A stretch of DNA of 64,000 nucleotides from Rubripirellula sp. (lineage in GTDB: Bacteria > Planctomycetota > Planctomycetia > Pirellulales > Pirellulaceae), in NCBI GenBank assembly GCA_965216875.1, contig OZ244207.1, positions 32,001 to 96,000 on the forward strand. The letters run 5' to 3'. A model generated the notes under the pieces. It saw only the letters and a program-made list of their open reading frames with translations. It ran no database searches and was not told the origin of the DNA. Position numbers and translations under genes: made by a program. Numbering within the stretch: position 1 is the stretch's first letter; each line of letters begins with the position of its first letter. This document shows positions 17,723-27,392 of the stretch, piece by piece.

Positions 17723-18964
17723 TCACTGCCAGCGATAGACCTTCAACGCTCCGAGGTCTCGTACAATCACGTGGTTGCCATCGACGGCGAGGTGGGCCCA
17801 CGAATCCTTAGCAACTTGTTGCTGGTCAACGACCTCGAATGCATCGTTGCTGGCATCGATCAAACGCAGGTTCCCGTTGTTGTCCAACGCCAAAATCCGG
17901 CTGCCATTGCTGACCATACTCCAGTATTTGCCGACTGGCGAACTGGTCCAACGGATATCGCCATCTTCGGTCGACAGTGCCGAGAAACGCTCGTTTTTCA
18001 TGTGCAGATAGATTGAGTCGCCAACGACGACTGGCGACGACATGTAGCCTTGAGTCTTCTGCGACCAAACCTCGCTAACGCTCCACTTTCCGTCCGTCTG
18101 GTTGACGTCGAACAGTTGCGAGCGACCGCTGTGAGCTGCCATGAAGATTTTGCCATCGACAATCGTTGGAGTGAGGATGTTCATTCCACGGAAGGACTTG
18201 ATCGGCTCTTGCCAAAGCACGTTGCCCGTTTCGAGTTCAACACCACACAAAGCGGGACGCGTTCCAACCAGCAACTGTCGCTTACCGGCGATGGTTGCAA
18301 TGGTCGGGCTCGAGAAGGCACCGCTACTCATCATGCCCGATTCATTCTCGAGCGTTTTCCAGATGACATCGCCTGTTTTCGTCGAGAGTTTCACAAGCGC
18401 GCCGCCGGTTTGAACGTAGACCGCATCACCATCGATCAGCGGCGAACAAACGGCTCCGAAGGAAGGCAACGGTGTTCCCATCTCGCCGGGGAAATCGACC
18501 CGCCAACGTTCGTCACCCGATTTTGGATCGAGGCAGACAAGCACGTCACGCATGCCGAGCACGATCAAGTTCTCTCCATCACACGCCGGCGTCGATCGAA
18601 TCCAATCTCCGTTGGCTGCCGCAAAAAAGGGAACGGCCATCGAACCTGGCCACTCAGCGGTCCAGGCCACTTTGCCGTCCTCCAAAGAGTAGGCTGTGAC
18701 GCGTTCCGTTTTCTTGTCGATGGTTTCGGTTGTGAAAACCAATCCACCGCTGACAACGGGGCCACTGTAGCTCGGTGCATGTGGACGTTCCCAAACGAGT
18801 TGCAAGCGATCACCGAGGGTCTCGGGCCAGGTTGCTTCGAGGAGTTGGCTGTCGCGTGACGGACCTCGCCATTGATTCCACGAACGTGGTTCAACGGCAT
18901 GGGCGACGACTGAACTGGCCAGAAACAGACCGACGAAGAAGCCGTGTGAGAGAGCTCGCGACAT
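17723..18964 (-). CDS. PQQ-binding-like beta-propeller repeat protein (BamB-like)
   Basis: Signal peptide, WNQWRGP, repeated SSP/STP and G...W blade motifs. Confidence 0.9.
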   Translation of the reverse strand: MSRALSHGFFVGLFLASSVVAHAVEPRSWNQWRGPSRDSQLLEATWPETLGDRLQLVWERPHAPSYSGPVVSGGLVFTTETIDKKTERVTAYSLEDGKVAWTAEWPGSMAVPFFAAANGDWIRSTPACDGENLIVLGMRDVLVCLDPKSGDERWRVDFPGEMGTPLPSFGAVCSPLIDGDAVYVQTGGALVKLSTKTGDVIWKTLENESGMMSSGAFSSPTIATIAGKRQLLVGTRPALCGVELETGNVLWQEPIKSFRGMNILTPTIVDGKIFMAAHSGRSQLFDVNQTDGKWSVSEVWSQKTQGYMSSPVVVGDSIYLHMKNERFSALSTEDGDIRWTSSPVGKYWSMVSNGSRILALDNNGNLRLIDASNDAFEVVDQQQVAKDSWAHLAVDGNHVIVRDLGALKVYRWQ

Positions 18965-19022
18965 GTTTTTTCTCGAAAATCCGCTGATTGGAAGTTAACG
19001 TTTCCGACATTTTACGGTGCCG

Positions 19023-20252
19023 TCAAGGCGCCGGGTCGAGATGGGCGAATTCTTCTATCGCTGCCGAAGGGGCGAGTCCGCTGGAAAGGAGCGTTTTGAG
19101 GCTGGCGGGGGCCGTGAGCGACTTGGTGGTCGGTCCGAGCGAGTCGATCGTCGCGATGATTTGTTCACCCCCGATCGAGTCGAAAAAACCTGGCCACGAT
19201 TGACTGTTTTGGTATCCCAGTCCGCCGCGCATCGCCATGTCGAGCTGGTCAAGGCTCGATGCCACCTTCTGTTGGCGAGCCAATGCGGCTTCGATCCACA
19301 TCGGAATCGAAAGGACTCGCATCACGTCGTCGTCGGAAAGTTCGATCGTGTTGCGTTGGTAACGCACCGCGAGTTCGGCAGTTTTCGCCGCGATTGCATC
19401 AGTGCGGCGATTGTCGGCATAGTCATAGACCCCCATCCCGCCGGCGCGTCCCATGCGTTTGGCCTTGATCAGGCCACCCAGGATTGGCGAGGGGTCAAAT
19501 CGATTCGGGAAGGCTTGCCAGATTGCACGCCCGGCGTCGAACATGGTTCGCGTTCCGATCCAATCGATCAATTCGAGCGGCGACATGGGCATGCCGAATC
19601 GCAACGCGGCTTGTTCGATGCGATCGGCCGAGATGCCACGTGAAAGCAACAGTAGCCCTTCATTCAGATAGGGCGAAAGCAATCGATTGACAATGAAGCC
19701 GGGGCTGTCCGGGACGACGATGGGTGACTTACCGATGCGGCGAACATGCTGGTTGACTGAATCGATCGTTTGCTGGTCGGTCGACGGCGTCTTCACAACC
19801 TCGACCGCCGGTCGGTTGTAAACCGGCATGAAGAAGTGCATCCCACACAGCCGCTGTGGATGTTCCAGGGCATCACCACACTGGGTGATGCGAAGCGTGG
19901 AAGTGTTGCTACACAAGATGGGATTTTGGTCGGCCAAGCAACGCTCGGCTTGTTCAAAGAAGCTGCGTTTGATGTCCAGCTTCTCGGCGATGGATTCCAC
20001 CAGGATGGTTGGCGCGGAAGCGACGGCGTCTGCTTGATCGCAAGTCAAGACTTTGGCAGGCAACGTGTCGTCGAAGAGTGTCGACGATTGAGTTTTCCAA
20101 CGCGTCGGGTCGAGACCAAGCGACTCGACGGCGCCCGCGAGTGAGGATTCATCCAAGTCAGCGATTTGAACCGATACGTTCGCGTCGATGTGAGCTTTCA
20201 GGATCGCACGACCGACCACTCCGGTGCCGACAAGGATGACGTTGGGAATCAT
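19023..20252 (-). CDS. 3-hydroxyacyl-CoA dehydrogenase family protein
   Basis: GTGVVG, ESIAEKLDIK, SNTS, GMHFFMP, PGFIVNR. Confidence 0.9.
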   Translation of the reverse strand: MIPNVILVGTGVVGRAILKAHIDANVSVQIADLDESSLAGAVESLGLDPTRWKTQSSTLFDDTLPAKVLTCDQADAVASAPTILVESIAEKLDIKRSFFEQAERCLADQNPILCSNTSTLRITQCGDALEHPQRLCGMHFFMPVYNRPAVEVVKTPSTDQQTIDSVNQHVRRIGKSPIVVPDSPGFIVNRLLSPYLNEGLLLLSRGISADRIEQAALRFGMPMSPLELIDWIGTRTMFDAGRAIWQAFPNRFDPSPILGGLIKAKRMGRAGGMGVYDYADNRRTDAIAAKTAELAVRYQRNTIELSDDDVMRVLSIPMWIEAALARQQKVASSLDQLDMAMRGGLGYQNSQSWPGFFDSIGGEQIIATIDSLGPTTKSLTAPASLKTLLSSGLAPSAAIEEFAHLDPAP

Positions 20253-20288
20253 GGACGTGTTGTTTGGGGACTGCTGTGGATATCGGCG

Positions 20289-21176
20289 CTAGGCGGCGAT
20301 CCGGCCGAGCTTGGCGGTCAACTCAAGAGGCTCGTCCGCACTTTCCATCACGCAAAGGGGGACATCACCATAGAACGATGCCCAACCAGTGTAGGTGCTC
20401 GGCGGTCCAACGAGCATGTCGGTTCCAGCAAACGAATACATGTCCTCGACGATGTCGCCTGGACCGAAGTGCACATTCAAGTCACCAAAATCGGATCGTT
20501 CTAGCGGTAGATTGCTGCAGACGAGAAACGCTACGCGTCGGGGCGAAAGTTGTTCGGCGACGTTGCGCATCATGGCTGCGTATTGGTCGACCGAGAAAAA
20601 GTACTTGCCGCCCATGAAGGTTGCATAGTCACCATGTCGGATGTGGACGCCGACGACGACATCGGCCGACTGACGCACTTGGCCGAGTTTTTGATCGACG
20701 TGGCTTTGGTTTTCGGTAAACAGGCGAAAGTGATCGCGGACCGCGCCTGCGTGTTGTTGAAACAGTTCTTCGTTTCGGAACAGCCACCCCATCGCCAACA
20801 CGTGACGGTTGCTCTTGGCACGTCGAGCGAAGTCGTCGCTGCCGAGATCACATCGCTGCTCGCCGCGCAGTTTCAATACATGGTACGGATACGATCGCAA
20901 ACGAGTGCGGTAGAGCAAGCTTGCGCCAAGGTAGACCGACTTGGAAAGCCGCTTACGTTGTCCGAGCGAAGGGGCGGGTTTGCCCGATTGTTGAACGAGC
21001 GGATAGCGACACCACAGATCATTTGCCGTCGCCGGAAACAGGTGTGCGTATTCGGCAAAGCAAGGATTGGCAACCTGGAAGCCATGGTGCTTGGCCGCCG
21101 CGAGCATGTGCCCGTACAAAAAAAGTCGGTTGCCGAGCTGTCCGTAGCTGCGCGCGATGACAATCATCGAATTCAT
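20289..21176 (-). CDS. Glycosyltransferase family 11 (alpha-1,2-fucosyltransferase-like)
   Basis: GQLGNRLF, VGVHIRHGDY, STYTGWAS. Confidence 0.88.
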   Translation of the reverse strand: MNSMIVIARSYGQLGNRLFLYGHMLAAAKHHGFQVANPCFAEYAHLFPATANDLWCRYPLVQQSGKPAPSLGQRKRLSKSVYLGASLLYRTRLRSYPYHVLKLRGEQRCDLGSDDFARRAKSNRHVLAMGWLFRNEELFQQHAGAVRDHFRLFTENQSHVDQKLGQVRQSADVVVGVHIRHGDYATFMGGKYFFSVDQYAAMMRNVAEQLSPRRVAFLVCSNLPLERSDFGDLNVHFGPGDIVEDMYSFAGTDMLVGPPSTYTGWASFYGDVPLCVMESADEPLELTAKLGRIAA

Positions 21177-21329
21177 CCTGTGGACGCTTGTTCGCGCCCC
21201 TAACCTGGCCAGTGTTGAAGCATGCTCGCTGCGAGAGCGAGCCGATCTGGGAAAGAAGGCTGTCTTGGTAAGGGCAAAGACTATCCGGCGAAATGGGATT
21301 GCCGCAAGATCGGATCACGCTGGCGAGCG

Positions 21330-21824
21330 TCACGCGCGGCTTTTGGCCGCGTACATTTCGGCGTATTCGATCGCCCAGGCGTCGATCAGTCGCTGGAATT
21401 CTTCGACGTCGACTTCGGCAACGGGAACAAAATGCGAGCGATTGAAGAGCTCGCGATTCATGACCGTTCCCTTGCCCTTGAGCTCAAGCACCTTGAGGTG
21501 ACTGAAGGGACGGATGACCATTTCGAGGCGACTGTACTGGTTGCTGCGACGGCCAGCTTCGATCCGCAGGTCATCTCGATAGGCAGCTTCGCCCCAGCCG
21601 ACTTCACCAAAAAGTGATTCGGTACGAAACCCAGGGAAGTGATCCGCCACGCCGTGCACCGATTGTTCGATTCGATCCGAAAGCGACAAACGGTACGACG
21701 TGTGAAGCCGTTTGAGCTCCTCTTCGCTCAATTCCTTTTGACGCTCTTGGTTCGCTTTGTGATCGGCTCGCTGCTTGCCACGTTCGATCGCCGACTCAAG
21801 CCTTGATTTGAAGTCGTCGCTCAT
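21330..21824 (-). CDS. Hypothetical protein
   Basis: 164-aa ORF translationally coupled to the upstream Tex-like gene (stop and start overlap at 21824). Confidence 0.8.
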   Translation of the reverse strand: MSDDFKSRLESAIERGKQRADHKANQERQKELSEEELKRLHTSYRLSLSDRIEQSVHGVADHFPGFRTESLFGEVGWGEAAYRDDLRIEAGRRSNQYSRLEMVIRPFSHLKVLELKGKGTVMNRELFNRSHFVPVAEVDVEEFQRLIDAWAIEYAEMYAAKSRA

Positions 21825-24800
21825 CAGTTGGTCGTGTCCGAAGGAGTCGTTGGCTCACCGCTTGCATCCGGTTTTGCGTCACTCGAGCTTGCTGCGTCGG
21901 AGTCCGACTTGGCGGGCTCGGGTGTTTGTGGAGCCGCAGCTTCGGGAGCGGCTGGTTTCGAATCGTCACTCGAAGGCGGCGCGGCTTCGGTTGCTTCGGG
22001 TGGATCGGCGGCTGGCGGATCGGCCGGTTGCGAAGCGGCAGGAGTCGACTCCGCGGGCTTCGCATCGTCCTGAGGCTTCTTCTTTTCCTGTTCGTCATTG
22101 CTAAAGAACTGCATCAGGTCACCGAACGAACGCATCGGTTCGTCGCCCTTTTGCATGGCGTCGGTGATCGGCTTGGCGGGTTCCTTGCTGACGACTCGGT
22201 AGGACTCAGGCTTTTTGTCGCGCCGTCGTCCACCGCCACGTTGATCACGCGAACGGTTGCCACCGCGTCCGTCACCACCGCGAGGTTTGGCGCCACCTGG
22301 TTTCCCGGCACCTTGTCGGCCACGACCTTGTCCTTGACCACGTCCCTGACCGCCGCCACCGCCACCGCGTGCGCCCTGTTCTCGGTCACCACCTTGTCGT
22401 CCGCCGCCACGACGTTTGTCACCGCCGCGTCCGCCACCACGGCCACCTCGGTCGCCACGTGAATCACGATGACGTTTTTGTTCTTGAAGCTCTGCCTCGC
22501 GTTGTGGCGAAATCGCACTCAACGCAACACGACGACGCTTTTCATCAACGCCGGTGACCCATGCGGTCACCACGTCGCCAACCTGTACGGCTTCGTGCAA
22601 ATCTTCGACAAAACCATCCGAGACTTTGCTGACGTGAATCAAACCGCTGCAGTCGGGAGCGAGTTCAACAAAGACACCAAACGGCATCACACCGACAACC
22701 ACGCCGATCACCTGATCGCCTTGCTTGAGGCTTTTCAGGCTTGGCATGGTCGAGAGAACAGCGGGCGGTGTTCCACCAAAGTCGCCATCGCCAAACGGAT
22801 CGCAAAGCGAGCTGACCAATTGCCTGACGCGATTGGCACCAACCTGCCACTCCTTGATGCACTTGTTGATCTTCGCCTCCTCAGGAAGCGGATGCCGAAT
22901 GGGGGCATGCACCTCGGGAGCCGGCGGTGCCGCTTCGGGGGCCGCAGTAGCTTCGGGGGCCGGTGCATCGCTCGAAGCCGACGTTTCCGCGGTCGACTCA
23001 CCCGAATCTGCTGCCTCTGTTGATTCCGAAGTCTCAGCTGTGCTTTCGGCTTCGCCGCTTGATGCTGCTTCTTCTGCTGCGGGCTCGCTCGGCGTTTCGC
23101 CAGCACTTTCTTCTGCTTCGCTGCTGGCAGCTTCCGTTTCTGCTTCGCCGCTGGAAGAAGCGGCATCATCCGTCTTCGGTTCGGCTTCGGTCGCTTCGGT
23201 AAGCTCGCCACCGAAGTTCGGGTCGGGTTCGGCCGTTTCGACGCTCAGCTCCGAGGTCGAGGACTCGGCGGCCACTTCCTCGGCCGCTACTGGAGTCTCT
23301 TCCTTCTTTTCGGGCTCGTCGAAATTCGGCTCTTCGTAGCCCGGCGGGCATTGCGGTGGGAGCTCGAGGTCGAGAGCCGCGGCCAACTTCTTGGCCAACG
23401 CGTAATCGTCTGGATGGACCAAGGTGCCATCAAGGCTCTCTTCACTATTGAAGACGCGCAGGAATGGCAACGCTTGACGTGAACTGACTGAATCGGGCCA
23501 GCCTTCCAACTCGGCAACCGAATCGCGCGAAGTGAAGAGCTCATTGCGCCGAGCGGTATCGATTTCCTCGGCGATCTTTTCGGACATGCCGGGCAAACGG
23601 GTCAGCCATGCGGGCGAGGCTGAATTGACGTCGACACCACCGCGCGACGCGCCGCTGATCATGACGTTCTCGAGCGTCGACTGCAGTGCTTGGTCGGAAA
23701 GCTCACGCTGGAACGAGCCAAGTCGCAGCTTCAACGGGTCGACCTTGGCCAGGGCTTGAGCTGGCTGCAACACGGAAAACGCGAGCCATGCGGCGGCGCG
23801 GAATCGACGCGGCGTCGTTTTCATTTCTTGATCGCCCGCCGCACTTCCTGCGTAGGCGTCGGCACCACTTCGATCGGCGAGTGTCCAGCGCAGCGTGCTG
23901 GCTGGCGACTGCTCGATCAGGTCGCCGACTGCAACCATCGTGGCGCGTCGTGACGGGCCGTTGCTGATCACGATCAAGTCGACGTGATAGGTGTGAATCA
24001 GTTCGCCCATTCGCGAGACAGCTTGTTGACGCGGTCCCGAAGCGAGTTGGCAGGGCAAGTCTTCGTTGTGGAGCAGTCGTCCATCGGCAGCCACAATCGC
24101 GGTCGCCGCCGTTCGAGGACCGACGGCATCGATCGACATGATCACTTTGGCTGTGATCGCGCCGCGGTCGGTCTGACGGCGAAGGTGCTCGGCCGCAATG
24201 CCGACCAATCGCGTCGACGCGCGCTCTTGAAGCTCATCCCACCAAGCCGCCTCGGCAGCTTCGCGAATGTCGGCCTCGTGCTGCAGTACCGTTTCCCGCA
24301 GCTTCGCTTCGAGGTGGCGATTGAATCCACCTGCTGTGCGCTGCAGTTCGGCAACGAGCTTCGATGCGTCGTATTCAAACGAGCATTGGGCGACTTGGCT
24401 GCGAAGGGCCCGGGCCAGCATCACGATTTGGAACGAACTCAGTTTGCTACCAGCGATTCGTTTCCCTTCAAGCGGTTTGAGAACGCTGACCAACCAACGC
24501 CGACGACGTTGACGCGGCGAGATCTTCTTGGCCTTCTTGCCCGCCTTTGCGTTTCCTTTGCCACCCTGCTTTTCAGCAGCCTTGGTTTCAGCAGCCTTGG
24601 TTTCAGCGCCCTTCGTTTCGGCAGTTGGGGGCTCAGCAGTTGGTGCTTCCGCCGTTTCGCTTGCGTCGGTTGGCTTGCTTTCCTCAGCTGGCTTGGCCTC
24701 CGCTTCCGCCGGAGCTTCTGCAGCTGGAGTTTCAACCGCCGGAGCTGCGTCCGACGAAGTCTCCGTTGGCTGAGTCTCTTCGGCAGCCGCAGGTGCCGCT

Positions 24801-25579
24801 GGTGTTTCCGCTTCTGCCGTCGGCGGCTGCTGAGCTTCCGCTGGATCGGCCGGAGCCGATTCGCTTGCCACATTGCTGCCAGAGGCAGCTTCTGCTTCGG
24901 CGGTCTCCGTTGGCGTCACCTCGGAAGCTTGCCCAGCATCACTCGTCGCTGCTTGAGCCGGGGCTACATCGGCCGGCGCGTCGGATTCAGACTCATCGCC
25001 ACTTGTGTGTGGGTCGTGGATTGCAGAGATATGAATCTTTGCATTTTTGACAAGCCATCGGACGGCCGAGTTGATCAGCCTCGGGTCACCAAGAATGCGT
25101 TGAGCGAGCGCTTGCTCGATGCCTTCAACCGCCTTGCCCGCGTCATCGACCCCTTCGATTTTGCCAGCGATCTGGTTGAGGTCGTCGCCGTCACCTTTTT
25201 GAGGGTTCAGCAATCGCACGGCCAGCTGAACGGCCGCATCCACGTGCTCGGACGATTCAGACTTGAGTCGACGTCCGATGCGTTCGAGCATGCGCGTCGA
25301 GTTGGCGCGTCGAATCGACTGACCGATCGCAGGGTCTTGTAGAGTCGTTTTCTCCCAGCCAGCAATCAACTCGTCGCGTCGCTGGGCGATCGACGACTCC
25401 ATCGAAACGGCGGCGGCAAGTGCCCAGAGACTTGGCTCATCGACACCGCCGAGTTCATCGCGGCGATAGCGGGCCAGAAAGGGCGGCGCGTATCCTTGTT
25501 CGATGAGGGGAAGGGCGTTTCGCAAACTGGCTACATCACAACGCCCGCGCTGGGCAATTGCATCTAGATCGACATTCAT
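21824..25579 (-). CDS. Tex-like protein with S1 RNA-binding domain and long low-complexity inserts
   Basis: PFLARYRRDELGG Tex-N motif, YqgF-like region, HhH GVDVNSAS, LDGTLVHPDDY, S1 FGVFVEL...GLIHVS, RGG tail. Confidence 0.88.
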   Translation of the reverse strand: MNVDLDAIAQRGRCDVASLRNALPLIEQGYAPPFLARYRRDELGGVDEPSLWALAAAVSMESSIAQRRDELIAGWEKTTLQDPAIGQSIRRANSTRMLERIGRRLKSESSEHVDAAVQLAVRLLNPQKGDGDDLNQIAGKIEGVDDAGKAVEGIEQALAQRILGDPRLINSAVRWLVKNAKIHISAIHDPHTSGDESESDAPADVAPAQAATSDAGQASEVTPTETAEAEAASGSNVASESAPADPAEAQQPPTAEAETPAAPAAAEETQPTETSSDAAPAVETPAAEAPAEAEAKPAEESKPTDASETAEAPTAEPPTAETKGAETKAAETKAAEKQGGKGNAKAGKKAKKISPRQRRRRWLVSVLKPLEGKRIAGSKLSSFQIVMLARALRSQVAQCSFEYDASKLVAELQRTAGGFNRHLEAKLRETVLQHEADIREAAEAAWWDELQERASTRLVGIAAEHLRRQTDRGAITAKVIMSIDAVGPRTAATAIVAADGRLLHNEDLPCQLASGPRQQAVSRMGELIHTYHVDLIVISNGPSRRATMVAVGDLIEQSPASTLRWTLADRSGADAYAGSAAGDQEMKTTPRRFRAAAWLAFSVLQPAQALAKVDPLKLRLGSFQRELSDQALQSTLENVMISGASRGGVDVNSASPAWLTRLPGMSEKIAEEIDTARRNELFTSRDSVAELEGWPDSVSSRQALPFLRVFNSEESLDGTLVHPDDYALAKKLAAALDLELPPQCPPGYEEPNFDEPEKKEETPVAAEEVAAESSTSELSVETAEPDPNFGGELTEATEAEPKTDDAASSSGEAETEAASSEAEESAGETPSEPAAEEAASSGEAESTAETSESTEAADSGESTAETSASSDAPAPEATAAPEAAPPAPEVHAPIRHPLPEEAKINKCIKEWQVGANRVRQLVSSLCDPFGDGDFGGTPPAVLSTMPSLKSLKQGDQVIGVVVGVMPFGVFVELAPDCSGLIHVSKVSDGFVEDLHEAVQVGDVVTAWVTGVDEKRRRVALSAISPQREAELQEQKRHRDSRGDRGGRGGGRGGDKRRGGGRQGGDREQGARGGGGGGQGRGQGQGRGRQGAGKPGGAKPRGGDGRGGNRSRDQRGGGRRRDKKPESYRVVSKEPAKPITDAMQKGDEPMRSFGDLMQFFSNDEQEKKKPQDDAKPAESTPAASQPADPPAADPPEATEAAPPSSDDSKPAAPEAAAPQTPEPAKSDSDAASSSDAKPDASGEPTTPSDTTN

Positions 25580-26086
25580 GACGAGTCGGTCTCATTACCG
25601 GCTCGTCATTGTGGAACGAGCCTTGTTGGGAGATTGGGCGGAAGGTCGAATCAAGACCTTCAGACCGGTAAAGCTTTTCTGAAAAAGGGAATCTCGCAAT
25701 CCGGACGTCTCCGGCTGCGCGCAACGATCACCTACGGGGAGGCGAAGATAGCGCCGCACCCCCTCGATGTCAAGCTACGGGTCGATCTGACCCACGCCAA
25801 TCTCCAGCAACTCGCGCGTCTGTGCCAACCCTCTCCGGGCCACGATTGGCCTCCGTTCCGCCCGCAGCGACCACCGCCAGGAAGCGTGCAGGAACGGGCC
25901 CCCTCGGTGATCACGGCTGGCGAATTTGTGTGAAACGATCCGTGAAACGAAGAAATCGTTAAATTCCCCTCAACTTGCCCAGACGGCACGGTCGATAGAG
26001 TCTGCATGATCGTCTCGGTCTCGGCCGCTGTCGTCCCGAGCGATTCCTCCCCACACACTGACCATCACATCAGCGAGCGGACATCC

Positions 26087-26365
26087 ATGTCGAATTCATC
26101 GTTTAGCGTGTTTCGTGGCGAATCCACCGACGCCGACGATCGCAAACAACAACGCCGTCAACGCGAGCTCGACCGGATCACCGGGACGGCCCAACCCAAG
26201 ACGGTCACCCTTCCAGTGGGCAAGCTGGTTCCGTTGTTGGTGGATGCGGCCAATCACGACCGCGCCTGGCTGAACGATTTCGCAGATGACCCGGTCCGAA
26301 TTGACTCGGACCTGTACGACGTGCTACTTGCATATCAACAGCTCCGTGGGCGGCGAGCTGCTTGA
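26087..26365 (+). CDS. Small hypothetical protein
   Basis: Coding-like ORF from MSNSSF, directly upstream of the ParA-family gene. Confidence 0.7.
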   Translation: MSNSSFSVFRGESTDADDRKQQRRQRELDRITGTAQPKTVTLPVGKLVPLLVDAANHDRAWLNDFADDPVRIDSDLYDVLLAYQQLRGRRAA

Positions 26366-26423
26366 GCGGCGGGACCCGAACACTCACCCGACCGCGACAA
26401 CGCGATTGAAGAGGAATCTAGTT

Positions 26424-27248
26424 GTGCGTTCCATTGCAGTGATCAACCAAAAAGGCGGTGTTGGCAAGACAACCAGCAGCGTCAATTTGTCCGCAGCGCT
26501 GGCCGAATCCGGGCGACGCGTCTGTTTGCTTGATCTCGATCCCCAAGCCCACGCTTCTCTTCACCTCGGCATCACGGCCGTGGATGGTGAAGCCAGTATG
26601 TACGAAGTCCTTTGCGGCGACGCGAGTCTCGAGCAGGCTCGACAAAAGGTGAACGACAACCTTCACGTCGTCCCGGCCAACCTTGACCTCGCTGCCGCCG
26701 AACTGGAATTGGCTGGCGAAGTGGGTCGCGAGATGATTCTGCGCGACAAGGTTGAAGATGACGAAGCGCCCTTTGACTACCTCATTCTCGACTGCCCGCC
26801 CAGCTTAGGCGTATTGACCGTCAACGCGCTGGTCGCCGTTCGCGAAGTCTTCTTGCCGTTGCAGCCGCACTTCCTCGCGCTCCACGGGTTGAGCAAGTTG
26901 TTGCGCACGATCGAAGTGGTTTCACGCCGCCTCAACAATGAACTGCGTCTGTCGGGCGTCATGCTCTGCATGTACGACTCGAACACGCGCCTTGCAGCTG
27001 AAGTGAGTACAGACGTCGACGAGTTCTTTCAGCTCAGCAAAGGTAGTCGCGAGTTCTTTCGCAGTGCCAAGTTCTTTGACACGCGAATCCGTCGCAACAT
27101 TCGTCTTGCCGAAGCGCCAAGTTTTGGCCAATCGATCTTTCAATACTCAGCCGACTCCAACGGGGCTGCCGACTACCGGGCACTTGCCGAAGAAGTCATC
27201 GCTCAAGAGTCCGTCAGCACCAACGCGATCGAAAAGATCGCGGCCTAA
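26424..27248 (+). CDS. ParA/Soj family ATPase
   Basis: NQKGGVGKTT, DLDPQ, DCPPSLG, IRRNIRLAEAPSFG; GAGGA RBS before GTG. Confidence 0.93.
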   Translation: MRSIAVINQKGGVGKTTSSVNLSAALAESGRRVCLLDLDPQAHASLHLGITAVDGEASMYEVLCGDASLEQARQKVNDNLHVVPANLDLAAAELELAGEVGREMILRDKVEDDEAPFDYLILDCPPSLGVLTVNALVAVREVFLPLQPHFLALHGLSKLLRTIEVVSRRLNNELRLSGVMLCMYDSNTRLAAEVSTDVDEFFQLSKGSREFFRSAKFFDTRIRRNIRLAEAPSFGQSIFQYSADSNGAADYRALAEEVIAQESVSTNAIEKIAA

Positions 27249-27289
27249 ACGCCTGATCAAAACACGCTGGCGTCGGCTTCCGCTTGACC

Positions 27290-27367
27290 GTAGCCACGCT
27301 CGCCAGAGCGTGGTGGTGTTAGAAACCGGTCTGCTGACGCAAACCACCTTCTAGCGAAGGTCGCGAC
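27290..27367. repeat. GTAG REP-like inverted pair
   Basis: GTAGCCACGCTCGCCAGAGCGTGG...CCACCTTCTAGCGAAGG; related copy at 62817-62893. Confidence 0.7.
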
Positions 27368-27392
27368 ACGCTGTGTAAGTGACCGGCATGAC

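Noticed and set aside
23984..25342. 452-aa plus-strand ORF; likewise 28617-29732, 38642-40105 and 43885-45372
   Set aside because: Overlap well-supported genes on the opposite strand and have no recognisable motifs
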